In this document: positions 31,825-42,643 of the stretch, piece after piece | Layout: each line of letters opens with the position of its first letter | How positions within the stretch are numbered: position 1 is the first letter of the stretch | NCBI GenBank assembly: GCA_046046455.1 | Contig: JBJOJS010000023.1 | Location: 13,167 to 77,166, forward strand | DNA length: 64,000 nucleotides | Reading direction: 5' to 3' | From: Actinomycetota bacterium | GTDB lineage: Bacteria > Actinomycetota > Actinomycetes > S36-B12 | The notes under the pieces: model-generated | What the model saw: only the letters and a program-made list of their open reading frames with translations | What the model was told of the DNA's origin: nothing | Databases searched by the model: none | Position numbers and translations under genes: made by a program

Positions 31825-33246
31825 TTACAGGATCGCTCCGGGCGAGTACGCCGCCGCCGCGGGATGTGCTTCTGCGATGGCCTGGACGCGCTCGGATACG
31901 CGTGCGACCTGATCCCGCGCCGCTCCGGTGAAGTCCATCGGCTCGGCGATGAGCGCTTCGAGGTCGTGGCGGGAGAGGCCCAGTCGGGGATCAGAGGCCA
32001 GGCGATCGAGCAGGTCGTTGTCGGTCTCGCCCGCGCGCATGGCGAGCGCGACGGCGACCGCGTGCTCCTTGATCGCCTCGTGCGCGGTCTCGCGTCCGAC
32101 GCCTGCGCGCACCGCGGCCATGAGCACCTTGGTCGTCGCCAGGAAAGGCAGGTAGCGCTCGAGTTCGCGATCGATCACCGCGGGGAAGGCTCCGAACTCA
32201 TCGAGCACCGTGAGGAAGGTCTCGAAGAGCCCGTCGATGGCAAAGAAGGAGTCGGGAAGGGCGACGCGTCGTACGACGGAGCAGGAGACATCGCCCTCGT
32301 TCCACTGGTCGCCCGCGAGCTCACCGACCATGCTGGCGTATCCACGCAGGATGACGGCGAGGCCGTTGATCCGCTCGGAGGAGCGGGAGTTCATCTTGTG
32401 CGGCATCGCGCTCGAGCCGACCTGGCCGGGCTTGAAGCCCTCCGTGACGAGCTCGGCACCCGCCATCAGGCGGATCGTGGTCGCGGCGTTGCTCGGTGCG
32501 CTCGCTACCTGCACGAGGGTGGTGACGACGTCATAGTCGAGGGAGCGCGGATAGACCTGGCCGACGCTGTCGAGCAGGCGCGCGAAGCCGAGGTGGTCGG
32601 CGACCGAGCGCTCGAGTCGTGCGAGCGCGTCGGCGTCGCCATCGAGGAGGTCGAGCATGTCCTGTGCGGTGCCGACCGGGCCCTTGATCCCCCGGAGCGG
32701 GAACCGCTCGATGAGGTCGGTGAGGCGTTCGTAGGCGAGCAGCATCTCGTCCGCCCAGGTCGCGAACCTCTTGCCCAGGGTCGTCATCTGCGCCGCGACG
32801 TTGTGGGAGCGACCGGCCATCGGTGTCTCGGCGTACTGCACGGCGAGGGCACTCAGGCGGACAAGGGCGGCGACGACCTTGTCGCGCGTGAGCACGAGGG
32901 AGTCGCGGATGAGCATCTGCTCGACGTTCTCGGTGAGATCGCGGCTCGTCATCCCCTTGTGGATGTGCTCATGACCTGCGAGGGCATTGAACTCCTCGAT
33001 GCGTGCCTTGACGTCATGACGCGTGACGCGCTCGCGTCCGGCGATCGAGGCGAGATCGATGTCGTCGATGACCCGGGCGTAGTCCGTGACGACGCCGTCG
33101 GGGATGTCGATGCCGAGATCGGCCTGCGCATCGAGGACGGCGAGCCAGAGCCGACGCTCCGCCGCGATCCGGTGCTCCGGAGCCCAGAGCGCGGCCATCG
33201 CCGGCGAGGCGTAGCGCTGGGCGAGAACGTCGGGGATCACGGGCAC
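31825..33246 (-). CDS. purB: adenylosuccinate lyase
   Basis: 473 aa. YASPAMAALW...ERRLWLAVLDAQ, MTSRDLTENVEQM and the fumarate-lyase signature GSSAMPHKMNSRSSE. Confidence 0.95.
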   Translation of the reverse strand: MPVIPDVLAQRYASPAMAALWAPEHRIAAERRLWLAVLDAQADLGIDIPDGVVTDYARVIDDIDLASIAGRERVTRHDVKARIEEFNALAGHEHIHKGMTSRDLTENVEQMLIRDSLVLTRDKVVAALVRLSALAVQYAETPMAGRSHNVAAQMTTLGKRFATWADEMLLAYERLTDLIERFPLRGIKGPVGTAQDMLDLLDGDADALARLERSVADHLGFARLLDSVGQVYPRSLDYDVVTTLVQVASAPSNAATTIRLMAGAELVTEGFKPGQVGSSAMPHKMNSRSSERINGLAVILRGYASMVGELAGDQWNEGDVSCSVVRRVALPDSFFAIDGLFETFLTVLDEFGAFPAVIDRELERYLPFLATTKVLMAAVRAGVGRETAHEAIKEHAVAVALAMRAGETDNDLLDRLASDPRLGLSRHDLEALIAEPMDFTGAARDQVARVSERVQAIAEAHPAAAAYSPGAIL

Positions 33247-33347
33247 ATCCTCCCAGACGCCGGGACGGCTACCGCCAGCCCAGCCACGAGCTTCTTTGCC
33301 CTAGATCCGTCACCCGGTGGCACTTTCGGAGCAAAGAAGGCACCGGC

Positions 33348-34604
33348 CTACGGCACGGCGGCGCGGGCGGCAATATCGGTGCGGCGGTGGGAACCGGGCA
33401 GGTCGATGCGGTCGACCCCGGCGTAGGCCCGCGCGCGGGCCTCGGCAAGGGTCGCGCCTCGCCCCACGACGGAGATCACGCGCCCGCCACTCGCAACGAT
33501 GTCCGCTCCGTCGGCTCGGGTCCCCGCATGGAGTACGTCGACCCCCGGGAGTGCGTCGGCCTCGGCGAGGCCGCTGATGACTCCGCCGGTGACGGGAGAC
33601 TCGGGGTAGCCCTGGGCGGCGACGACCACGCACACGGCCGCGTCGTCGCTCCACTGCAGCGGCGGCAGGTCATCGAGCGTCCCGGTCGCCGCGGCGAGCA
33701 GCAGTGATGACAGTGGCGAGTCCAGACGCGCGAGCACCACCTGGGTCTCGGGATCACCGAAGCGCGCATTGAACTCCACGACGCGCAATCCCTTCGAGGT
33801 GAGCGCGAGACCGGCGTAGAGGAGGCCGGCGAAGGGAGTGCCGCGTCGGCGCATCTCGTCGACGGTCGGCTGCAGCACGGTGCGCATCGTCTCGTCGACC
33901 AGGTCATCGGGGGCCCAGGGCAGCGGGGAGTACGAGCCCATGCCACCGGTGTTGGGACCCGCATCGCCGTCGCCGACGCGCTTGAAGTCCTGGGCCGGCC
34001 GCAGCGGCACGACGGTGACGCCATCGGTCACCGCGAAGAGAGACACCTCGGGACCGTCGAGGTACTCCTCGAGGACGACCGCGGATCCCGCATCGAGGCA
34101 TGCCCGCGCATGGTCGAGGGCGGCGGCGCGATCCTCGGTGACGACAACCCCCTTGCCCGCGGCGAGCCCATCGTCCTTGACGACGTACGGCGACCCGAGG
34201 TCGTCGAGGGCGGCCTCCACTTCGGCGAGCGAGCGGCATACCGCAGGCCGGGCTGTCGGCACGCCCGCCGCAGCCATGACCTCCTTCGCGAAGGCCTTGC
34301 TGCCCTCGAGGCGCGCCGCCTCTGCGCTCGGGCCGAAGCAGGCGATCCCGCGGGCCCGCACGGCATCGGCCACCCCCGCGACAAGCGGGGCCTCGGGTCC
34401 GATCACGACGAGGCCGGCGCCGATCGCCTGCGCGAGGTCGGCGACCGCCTGTCCATCGAGCGGGTCGATCGCATGCACCTGCGCGTCCTGGGCGATTCCC
34501 GCGTTGCCCGGCGCCACATGGACGGCGTTCACCTGAGCGTCACGTCGCAGCGCCCGCACGAGGGCATGCTCGCGGGCGCCCGAGCCGACAACCAAGACGA
34601 TCAC
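33348..34604 (-). CDS. purD: phosphoribosylamine-glycine ligase
   Basis: GTG 34602-34604 gives VIVLVVGSGAREHALVRAL. ATP-grasp motifs: YVVKDDGLAAGKGV, EEYLDGPEVSLFA and RVVEFNARFGDPETQ. Confidence 0.95.
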   Translation of the reverse strand: MIVLVVGSGAREHALVRALRRDAQVNAVHVAPGNAGIAQDAQVHAIDPLDGQAVADLAQAIGAGLVVIGPEAPLVAGVADAVRARGIACFGPSAEAARLEGSKAFAKEVMAAAGVPTARPAVCRSLAEVEAALDDLGSPYVVKDDGLAAGKGVVVTEDRAAALDHARACLDAGSAVVLEEYLDGPEVSLFAVTDGVTVVPLRPAQDFKRVGDGDAGPNTGGMGSYSPLPWAPDDLVDETMRTVLQPTVDEMRRRGTPFAGLLYAGLALTSKGLRVVEFNARFGDPETQVVLARLDSPLSSLLLAAATGTLDDLPPLQWSDDAAVCVVVAAQGYPESPVTGGVISGLAEADALPGVDVLHAGTRADGADIVASGGRVISVVGRGATLAEARARAYAGVDRIDLPGSHRRTDIAARAAVP

Positions 34605-34664
34605 AAGCCGCGAGCCTAGTCGTGCCTGGTCGGTGCCCCCTCCTACGCGACGTAGGATGACCCG

Positions 34665-36068
34665 GTGATGCGGGCGTGGCACGGGGGAATGCTGGCGGTC
34701 TCCGCCACTCTCCTCGCCGGATGCGGGTTCCTCCCCTTCGGTGCCTCCTCGACCAGCCCGTCGCCCAGCCCCACGGACACCATGCCGTCGGCCGCCTGCC
34801 CCGCGGGCGACTCGGTCACGCCACCGGACATCTCCGACCTCACTGTCGACGGTGTGCCTGCGGAGCAGCGCACCGCTCCCCTGGTCGTGCCCTACAACGG
34901 CCTGCAGGGCGGCTCGCCCGAGCGACCCATGGTGATGCGCCTGGAGGTGGTCACGTCCGCGAGCGGTTCTCCCGTGCGCTTCCGCGCCACCGGGGCGCTG
35001 CTGCTCGAGTCGCTCGTCGAGGACCCGCTCGGCGAGCCCGAGGTGACGGTCTTCAGCGAGAGCGGGGTCGAGCGCTGCATCGCGTCGGTCTATCTCTTCG
35101 CCACGACCGTCGGCGACGCCAACGTCTACGTCGAAGGCCTCAACTCCACCACCACCCTCATCCCCGTCGTCACTGCGGGCCAGGCGGCACGCAACATCTC
35201 GCTCACGGTCACCGACAGTTCGGTCGACTCGGGGGAGAGCTTCGAGGCACTCGTGGGTGTCACCGATGTCTTCGGCAATCCCATCGAGAACGCCGCGGTC
35301 GATCTCTCCCTGCCTCCCAAGGGTCCGGGGCGCTTCGTCACGGGCGCCAACACCTTCACCGTTCTGACCGATCCCAAGGGACGGGCATCGGTGGAGATCC
35401 AGACGCGCAAGGGCGGGTCGCTCACCGTGACCGCCAAGGGCGACCTGGCCGCCTGCTCACCGGCTGAGAACCAGTACGAGTGCCCCGCGGACCGGCCCGT
35501 GCCGGGCTTCGAGCCGGCCAGTGGCACCCAGAAGGTCAAGGTAAGCATCGTCGAGCCCACCGTCGAGGTGACCACCCCGCCCGCGGGCGCGGCGTTCAGC
35601 ACCGGGGAGAAGTTCGACGTTGCCGGCAAGGCGACCGGGGTCCGCGAAGGCTCGACCGTCGCGCTCATCGTCGGCGACACCCCGCTCGGGGCGAGCACCG
35701 TCAAGGCGGACGGCACCTTCACCTTCCGCGATGTCGTCGCCCAGAAGGGCGGAAGCGGCGACCTCGGCTACGTCGTCAAGGTGGCCGACCTCAAGCCGAC
35801 GCCGCTCGACATCACGGTCAAGGACTTCACCATCGTGTCGTACAAGCGCGTGGCCGCGGGGCTGCGCTTCCGCGTCGCCGCGGGGGCGTGGAAGGCCGGC
35901 ACCATCATCGAACTCACGCGGGATGGCACACCGGTCAGCAAGATCGAGGTGACCTCAGCCGGGAGCGAGGTCATCCTCTTCGCACCCGATGAGCCGGGCT
36001 TCTACCAGGTGCAGGTGAGCACCTCGCGCGGCATCGTCTACGGCCTCGAGGTGCAGCCCGTCCTGTAG
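34665..36068 (+). CDS. lipoprotein with bacterial Ig-like (Big) domains
   Basis: Lipobox LLAGCG followed by a Ser/Pro linker. Repeated beta-rich modules, for example NISLTVTDSSVDSGESFEALVGVTDVFGNPIENAAVDLSL...GRASVEIQTRKGGSLTVTAKG, resemble Big_1/invasin-type domains. Confidence 0.65.
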   Translation: MMRAWHGGMLAVSATLLAGCGFLPFGASSTSPSPSPTDTMPSAACPAGDSVTPPDISDLTVDGVPAEQRTAPLVVPYNGLQGGSPERPMVMRLEVVTSASGSPVRFRATGALLLESLVEDPLGEPEVTVFSESGVERCIASVYLFATTVGDANVYVEGLNSTTTLIPVVTAGQAARNISLTVTDSSVDSGESFEALVGVTDVFGNPIENAAVDLSLPPKGPGRFVTGANTFTVLTDPKGRASVEIQTRKGGSLTVTAKGDLAACSPAENQYECPADRPVPGFEPASGTQKVKVSIVEPTVEVTTPPAGAAFSTGEKFDVAGKATGVREGSTVALIVGDTPLGASTVKADGTFTFRDVVAQKGGSGDLGYVVKVADLKPTPLDITVKDFTIVSYKRVAAGLRFRVAAGAWKAGTIIELTRDGTPVSKIEVTSAGSEVILFAPDEPGFYQVQVSTSRGIVYGLEVQPVL

Positions 36069-36074
36069 CCGCGA

Positions 36075-37421
36075 TCAGCCCGTGTAGTGCTTGTCGGTGA
36101 TCGAGAGCACCTCGTCGAGGATCGCCAGACCCTCCTTGGCCTCCGCATCGGTGACCGTGCACGGCGGCACGACGTGGGTGCGGTTGAAGTTGACGAAGGG
36201 CATGAGGCCGCGCTTCTTGCACTCGACGGTGAACTCCGTCATCGCCGGCGAAGTGCCTCCATAGGGAGCCAGCGGCTCCTTGGTCGCGCGATCGGTCACG
36301 AGGTCGAGCGCCCAGAAGACACCGAGGCCGCGCACGTCGCCGATGACGGGATGGCGCTCCTGGAGCTCGCGCAGGGCCGGACCGAGAACGTCGTTGCCGA
36401 TGCGCTTGGCGTTGTCGACGACGCCCTCCTCGGTCATCGCATCGATCGCACCGACGATGGATGCGGCGGCGAGCGGATGGCCGGAGTAGGTGAGTCCGCC
36501 GGGGAAGACGCGCTCATCGAAGGTCGCCGCGATGGCGTTGGAGATGACAACACCGCCGACCGGGACGTAGCCGGAGTTGGATCCCTTGGCGAAGGTGATG
36601 AGGTCGGGCTCAGCGCCCCAGTTCTGCCAGGCGAACCACTCGCCGGTGCGGCCGAAGCCGCTCATGACCTCATCGGCGATCCACACGATCTCGTACTTAT
36701 CGCACAGCGCACGCAGGCCCTCGAGATAGCCGGGCGGCGGCACGAGGACACCCGCCGTACCCACCACGGACTCGAGCAGGATCGCGCCGATGGTGCCGGG
36801 ACCCTCGAACTTGATGACCTCCTCCAGGTGCTGCAGCGCGCGCTCGGTCTCCTGCTCGGGCGAGTCCGACCAGAAGGGGGAGCGGTAGGGGAAGGGGCCG
36901 AAGAAGTGCACCTGCTGCGACGCGTATTCATTGGGCCAGCGGCGCGGGTCGCCCGTCGCCTGGATCGCCGCACCGGTGTTGCCGTGGTAGCTGCGGTAGG
37001 CCGACAGCACCTTGTGCTTGTGCGTATGCAGGCGCGCCATCCGGATGGCATTCTCGATGGCGTCGGCGCCACCGTTGGTGAAGAAGACCTTCTGGTGGCG
37101 CGTGCCCGCGCGATCGACGATGCGCTTGGCTGCCTCGCCGCGCATGTCATTGGCGTGCTGCGGGGCAATCGTGGCGAGGCGCGCGGCCTGATCCTGGATC
37201 GCCTTGACGACCTTGGGGTGCTGGTGGCCGATGTTGACGTTGACCAGCTGGCTCGAGAAGTCGAGATAGCGATTGCCGTCGTAGTCCCAGAAATAGGAGC
37301 CTTCCGCCGCCGCGATAGGAAGTGGCTTGATCTGAGCCTGGGCACTCCAGGAGTGGAAGACATGCGCGCGATCGAGGTCGTAGACGCGCTGACCCTCGGC
37401 GGGATCGGGGGTGTAGTCCAT
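36075..37421 (-). CDS. class III (omega-type) pyridoxal-phosphate aminotransferase
   Basis: ATG 37419-37421 is preceded by AAGGAG. MDYTPD...HVFHSWSAQ..., YRSYHGNTGAA, IWIADEVMSGFGRTGEWFA and FAKGSNSGYVPVGG (Schiff-base Lys). The upstream 138 codons of ORF 36075..37835 are non-coding-like. Confidence 0.9.
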   Translation of the reverse strand: MDYTPDPAEGQRVYDLDRAHVFHSWSAQAQIKPLPIAAAEGSYFWDYDGNRYLDFSSQLVNVNIGHQHPKVVKAIQDQAARLATIAPQHANDMRGEAAKRIVDRAGTRHQKVFFTNGGADAIENAIRMARLHTHKHKVLSAYRSYHGNTGAAIQATGDPRRWPNEYASQQVHFFGPFPYRSPFWSDSPEQETERALQHLEEVIKFEGPGTIGAILLESVVGTAGVLVPPPGYLEGLRALCDKYEIVWIADEVMSGFGRTGEWFAWQNWGAEPDLITFAKGSNSGYVPVGGVVISNAIAATFDERVFPGGLTYSGHPLAAASIVGAIDAMTEEGVVDNAKRIGNDVLGPALRELQERHPVIGDVRGLGVFWALDLVTDRATKEPLAPYGGTSPAMTEFTVECKKRGLMPFVNFNRTHVVPPCTVTDAEAKEGLAILDEVLSITDKHYTG

Positions 37422-37450
37422 GGGGGCTCCTTTGCTGGGACGGCAGCAGC

Positions 37451-38068
37451 CTAGACCTGCCCGAGCCTGCGGCGAAGGCGCTCCCGAACTCCCGGCCACT
37501 CCTCCGCGGTCACGGAGAACATCACCGTGTCGCGCACCGTGCTGTCGGATCGGCGCTGATAGCGGCGCAGCACGCCCTCGTACGTCGCCCCGAGCTTCGC
37601 GATGGCCGCCTGCGAGCGCCTGTTGCGGATGTCGGTCTTGAGCTGGACGCGCCCGAAGCCGTGATCGAAGGCCCACGTCATGAGCAGCAACTTGCACTCC
37701 GGGTTGACCTCGGTCGCCCAGACGGACGGGGAGTACGCCGTGCTCCCGATCTCCAAGCGGGCATCCGGGAGGCTCACGTCGAGGTACGACGTCGTGCCGA
37801 CGACCCCATCGCCCTGGCGGACAACCCAGGGCCACCTGCCTGCCTGCGGTGCCTGCGCCAGCGTCGCGGCGTACTCCTCAGCGGCCTTCGGACGCCCCGC
37901 GACATGATCCCAGCAGGCATCGTGATCGAGTGCAGCGAAGAGCGCGGGCGCATCCTGTGGGACGAACTGCGTGAGCGTCACGTGGTCGCCCACGAGCTCC
38001 TGGGGAGGCGGCCACTGCGCCTGAGGCCACACCACGTCATCAGGCCGAGAGTCGGGCGGGATGGTCAC
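37451..38068 (-). CDS. GNAT family N-acetyltransferase (RimJ/RimL-like)
   Basis: 205 aa. LEIGSTAYSPSVWATEVNPECKLLLMTWAFDHGFGRVQLKTDIRNRRSQAAIAKLGATYEGVLR is the typical Acetyltransf_3 pattern. Confidence 0.85.
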   Translation of the reverse strand: MTIPPDSRPDDVVWPQAQWPPPQELVGDHVTLTQFVPQDAPALFAALDHDACWDHVAGRPKAAEEYAATLAQAPQAGRWPWVVRQGDGVVGTTSYLDVSLPDARLEIGSTAYSPSVWATEVNPECKLLLMTWAFDHGFGRVQLKTDIRNRRSQAAIAKLGATYEGVLRRYQRRSDSTVRDTVMFSVTAEEWPGVRERLRRRLGQV

Positions 38069-38681
38069 CGGGCCAGTGTGGCATTCCTACGATGGGCACG
38101 TGGACACGATCGAGATCACCGAGGTCACGCTGTCGATGATCGTGCTGTGGTCGATCCTCATCGGCGTGGCCGCCATCGTGGCCTACTGGGTCTACCGATC
38201 GATGGACCGCCCACGTCTGCGGCTCACCCCCACCCCTGAGGGACCACGGGCGATGCGACGCGACGTCATCCTCTACGCGGTGACGACCCCGGTGCTCATC
38301 GTGCTGTGGTGGGCGTTCTTCTTCACCGTCCTCCTGGTCAACGCCAATGAGATCAACGCAGCGCAGTTGGTGATCTTCCCTATCGCGCTCATCATCGCGA
38401 TCCGCACGCTCGCCTTCGTCACACCTCACGCCGCACATGAGCTGGCCAAGGTCGTCCCCGTGGCACTCATCGCCTTCGTCATCCTCGACGGCAACATCCG
38501 GTCGGCGGAGGAAATCGGCGAGATGCTCGATGCTGTCGCCGAGATCGACGTCGCCGGACCGGCGCTGCTCCTGCTCTTCGCCTACGACTACCTGCTCACC
38601 ACGATCTGGTACTGGGGCTGGATTCGCTGGGGTAGGCCCCGGTGGGAATCGCGCAAGGCAGCTCCCGGCGGGGCAGCGCGC

Positions 38682-39968
<1,287 letters not shown>

Positions 39969-40030
39969 GGGGATCACCTCGAGACGGGCGGGGAGGACAT
40001 TCCCCGGGCCCACGATGGGCCCGCAGAAGA

Positions 40031-40423
40031 TTAGCGGTTGGGGCCCCTATCGGTCACATCCCCGCGCTCCGCCTCACGGCGATGCAGCTCGGCCACGTAG
40101 GCCTCCCAGGCTTGCGCATCCGGGTCCGCCGCTGCCTCAGCCGCCTGAGCTGCCTCGGCCGCCTCGGCCTCCGCGCGATAGGCATCCACGCGCGAGCGAT
40201 AGCGGTCGGTGAACCACCGCGTGAGATTGCCGTGCGTGCGATAGCGATTCCACACGACGATCGCGAAGAGCCCGATGATCGGCCACTGGAAGGTGTAGGC
40301 CCACGAGCGCTGCACGCCCTCCTGCGCTCGGCCGTACTGCTTGAACGTCGCATAGGTGCACAGTGCGAGCACGACGACGAGAGGCAGGTGCAGGGTGAGG
40401 ATGTCCTTCCAGCGACGACTCAC
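40031..40423 (-). CDS. small membrane protein, coupled to the CopD-like gene
   Basis: GTG 40421-40423 overlaps the upstream stop (GTGA). [27 protein letters not shown]...[15 protein letters not shown] gives 2 TM helices, followed by an Ala/Glu-rich tail. The longer ORF 40031..40831 overlaps the CopD-like gene. Confidence 0.6.
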   Translation of the reverse strand: MSRRWKDILTLHLPLVVVLALCTYATFKQYGRAQEGVQRSWAYTFQWPIIGLFAIVVWNRYRTHGNLTRWFTDRYRSRVDAYRAEAEAAEAAQAAEAAADPDAQAWEAYVAELHRREAERGDVTDRGPNR

Positions 40424-41877
40424 GCGACCGGCACCTCCTGCGGTGCCTCCACGACGGCAGAGATCTCGCGCGGACGACGTCGTACAAGGGCGAGCACGGC
40501 GATGCACGCGAGCCCGACGCCCCCGGCTAACGCGACTTGAGCGCTGGTCTCCACCGGATCGGATCGGGAGGCGAGCCACAGTGCCGCGGGCCACAGCACG
40601 GCAGTGAGGATGATCGCCGGCAGCCCGCGCGGCCCTAGGGCAGCGACGGCGAAGGCCCAGCCTGCGAGGACCAGCACCATGGACGCGATCACTGCAGCGA
40701 TTCCGATGCCGAGCAGCCCCGAGGGGACGACCGCGGCCATGACGTAGGTGAGGACCGCCAGGGCGACGGCGAAGGGCTCGGGGTAGGCGTCCGTCGCCCG
40801 GCGCAGCCACGCGGGACGCGCTCCCGACCACGCGATCACCGCGGGCAGGGCCAGGGCGAGCAGGGCGAGGGCGCCGGCGGTAATGCGATCGCCCGCGATA
40901 GCGCCAGCAGGTGGAGCGGTGCGGGAGAGCGCGACCGAGATGCCGAGGGCGATGCCCATGAGGAGGACCTCATAGGACGCGAAGCGGACCAGGGAGACGC
41001 CGTCTCCCGTGGGCACCACATGGCGGCGCTGACGCCAGCCGAAGACGATGAGCGCGGCGAGCAGCGTCGCCTTCGCGAGGATGAGAGTGCCGTACGCCGT
41101 CGTGATGAGAGAAGCCACACCATCGACACGCAGCGAGGCATTGAGCAGGCCGCTCTCGGCGAGGACGATGACGCAGACGAGGGCAAGTGTGCTGAAGCGG
41201 CGGATCGCGAGCGCTGCGTCATCGGGATGGCGCGCGACGTGCGAGCACACGGCGATGAGGCCGCCGACCCACACCCCGACCGCGAGGAGGTGGATGGCCA
41301 GGGAGATCGACGCAGAGGTGTGTCCGGAGTGCAGGCCCGAGTGGCCCATCAGCCCGGTGAGGCCGGCCGCTGTGGCCGCGAGTGCGAGGACGATCCACGC
41401 CGTGACTCGGCCGAGGATCGCCCAGCCGAGCAGGGCCACGAACGCCACGAGCACGATCTGCGCGACGAGGATCTGGCCGAGCTGGGTCTGGGTGATCAGG
41501 GCGAAGACGATCTGCGGGTCGAGCGAGTCGGTCAGCGGTCGACCGAGCAGTTCGGAGACGGTGAGAGGCACCTGGGCGATCAGGGCGACGAGCCACACCA
41601 GCGCACCGAGCGAGGCGAGCCGGATCAGGCGATGGTCGACGCGCGGCAGCAGGAGGCCACCCACGACGACGAAGCCCAGCACGATCGCCGCGGCCACGTC
41701 GCGCGCCCACCGATCCAGAGGGAGCCCCCAGAGGGTCTGCCACGGCACCACCGGCAGTCCCTCGACCGTCGTCTCCGAGAGGGCACCGAGCGTGGCCAGG
41801 ATGAGGAGCAGGACGGGTACGCCGGCGAAGAGACCCACGCTGACGCGGGCACCGGCAGACAGTCGTGCTGAGCTCAC
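40420..41877 (-). CDS. CopD-family copper-resistance/oxidase-biogenesis membrane protein
   Basis: GTG 41875-41877. About 485 aa with roughly 12 TM helices. A His-rich loop GLMGHSGLHSGHTSAS and the architecture typical of CopD-like proteins next to oxidase genes. Confidence 0.7.
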   Translation of the reverse strand: MSSARLSAGARVSVGLFAGVPVLLLILATLGALSETTVEGLPVVPWQTLWGLPLDRWARDVAAAIVLGFVVVGGLLLPRVDHRLIRLASLGALVWLVALIAQVPLTVSELLGRPLTDSLDPQIVFALITQTQLGQILVAQIVLVAFVALLGWAILGRVTAWIVLALAATAAGLTGLMGHSGLHSGHTSASISLAIHLLAVGVWVGGLIAVCSHVARHPDDAALAIRRFSTLALVCVIVLAESGLLNASLRVDGVASLITTAYGTLILAKATLLAALIVFGWRQRRHVVPTGDGVSLVRFASYEVLLMGIALGISVALSRTAPPAGAIAGDRITAGALALLALALPAVIAWSGARPAWLRRATDAYPEPFAVALAVLTYVMAAVVPSGLLGIGIAAVIASMVLVLAGWAFAVAALGPRGLPAIILTAVLWPAALWLASRSDPVETSAQVALAGGVGLACIAVLALVRRRPREISAVVEAPQEVPVA

Positions 41878-41887
41878 TGACCTGAGA

Positions 41888-42643
41888 TCACTGGGAGGCG
41901 CTGGGCGAAGCCGAACCCGAAGGTGATGCGGACGGGGATGGCGCCGGCGCGTCCGGGTTGTAGAGGCTGAACTCGCCGAAGTTGGCCGGGGTGGTGTTGG
42001 GGCTCGCCTTGAGGAAGGTCGTGCAGAGCGCGCCGAGCAGGATGCTCGCGCAGACCCAGACCATCCAGTACCCGACCAGCTTGGCCTGGAAGGGGTTCTC
42101 CGTCGACACGAGGCCCGCACGCGTGCGATTGGTGATGGCAAGGAGCAGGAAGGCGATGAGCAGCAGGTGCGCGAGCGTCGACGCGGTGAGGAGGAAGACC
42201 GCCGACGCGTAGGAGCCATTGCCGGGCCCGAAGGGGAATGTCGTGATCTGCCACCACTGCAGCACGATCGCGCCGATGATGACGACGAGCGCGATCGCGC
42301 TCGCGGCGACGAGCCCCCCTCGGTGATCGGATCGCAGACTGCGAATGCCGAGCCACAGGATGAGGGTGGAGACGACGACGAGGACCAGGATCGCCCAGAA
42401 GGGCCAGTCCGCAGCCCAGGGCAACGGCGAACGGCTCTTGAGCAGGTCGTTGTTGCCGAAGGTCTGCTGGTTGGGTGCCCATCCGTTGTTGACGTTGAGC
42501 GACCACAGGTAGCAGTAGCTGATGATCAGGGCGATCGTGCCCGAGAAGTCGGCGACGATGAGGAAGATGAGCCCGAGGCGGTTGCGCCGGGCGACGACCG
42601 CGACCGGCTCTCCCGTGGTGGGCGACAATAGGGGTGCGCTCAT
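41888..42643 (-). CDS. heme-copper oxidase subunit III-like protein
   Basis: ATG 42641-42643 overlaps the subunit I stop (ATGA). 251 aa with multi-TM stretches (LIFLIVADFSGTIALIISYCYLW, FWAILVLVVVSTLILWLG, AVFLLTASTLAHLLLIAFLLLAI) and a Ser/Pro-rich C-terminus. Confidence 0.75.
   Translation of the reverse strand: MSAPLLSPTTGEPVAVVARRNRLGLIFLIVADFSGTIALIISYCYLWSLNVNNGWAPNQQTFGNNDLLKSRSPLPWAADWPFWAILVLVVVSTLILWLGIRSLRSDHRGGLVAASAIALVVIIGAIVLQWWQITTFPFGPGNGSYASAVFLLTASTLAHLLLIAFLLLAITNRTRAGLVSTENPFQAKLVGYWMVWVCASILLGALCTTFLKASPNTTPANFGEFSLYNPDAPAPSPSASPSGSASPSASQ

Noticed and set aside
33291-33339. Possible hairpin (CTTCTTTGC ... GCAAAGAAG) between purD and purB, considered as a riboswitch or attenuator
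   Set aside because: The stem is only 9 bp with a 31-nt loop. It has no U-tract and no resemblance I can see to purine or ZTP riboswitch cores. It is too weak to call without folding energetics.
40085-40200. GC-rich low-complexity repeats (GCC/GCG periodicity)
   Set aside because: They simply encode the Ala/Glu-rich tail ([21 protein letters not shown]) of the small membrane protein and are not an independent DNA-level element.
40031-40831. 266-aa version of the small membrane protein ORF
   Set aside because: The upstream 136 codons overlap the 3' end of the CopD-like gene in another frame and are Arg/Gly/Pro-rich. The GTG at 40423, overlapping the CopD-like stop, gives a plausible 130-aa membrane protein.
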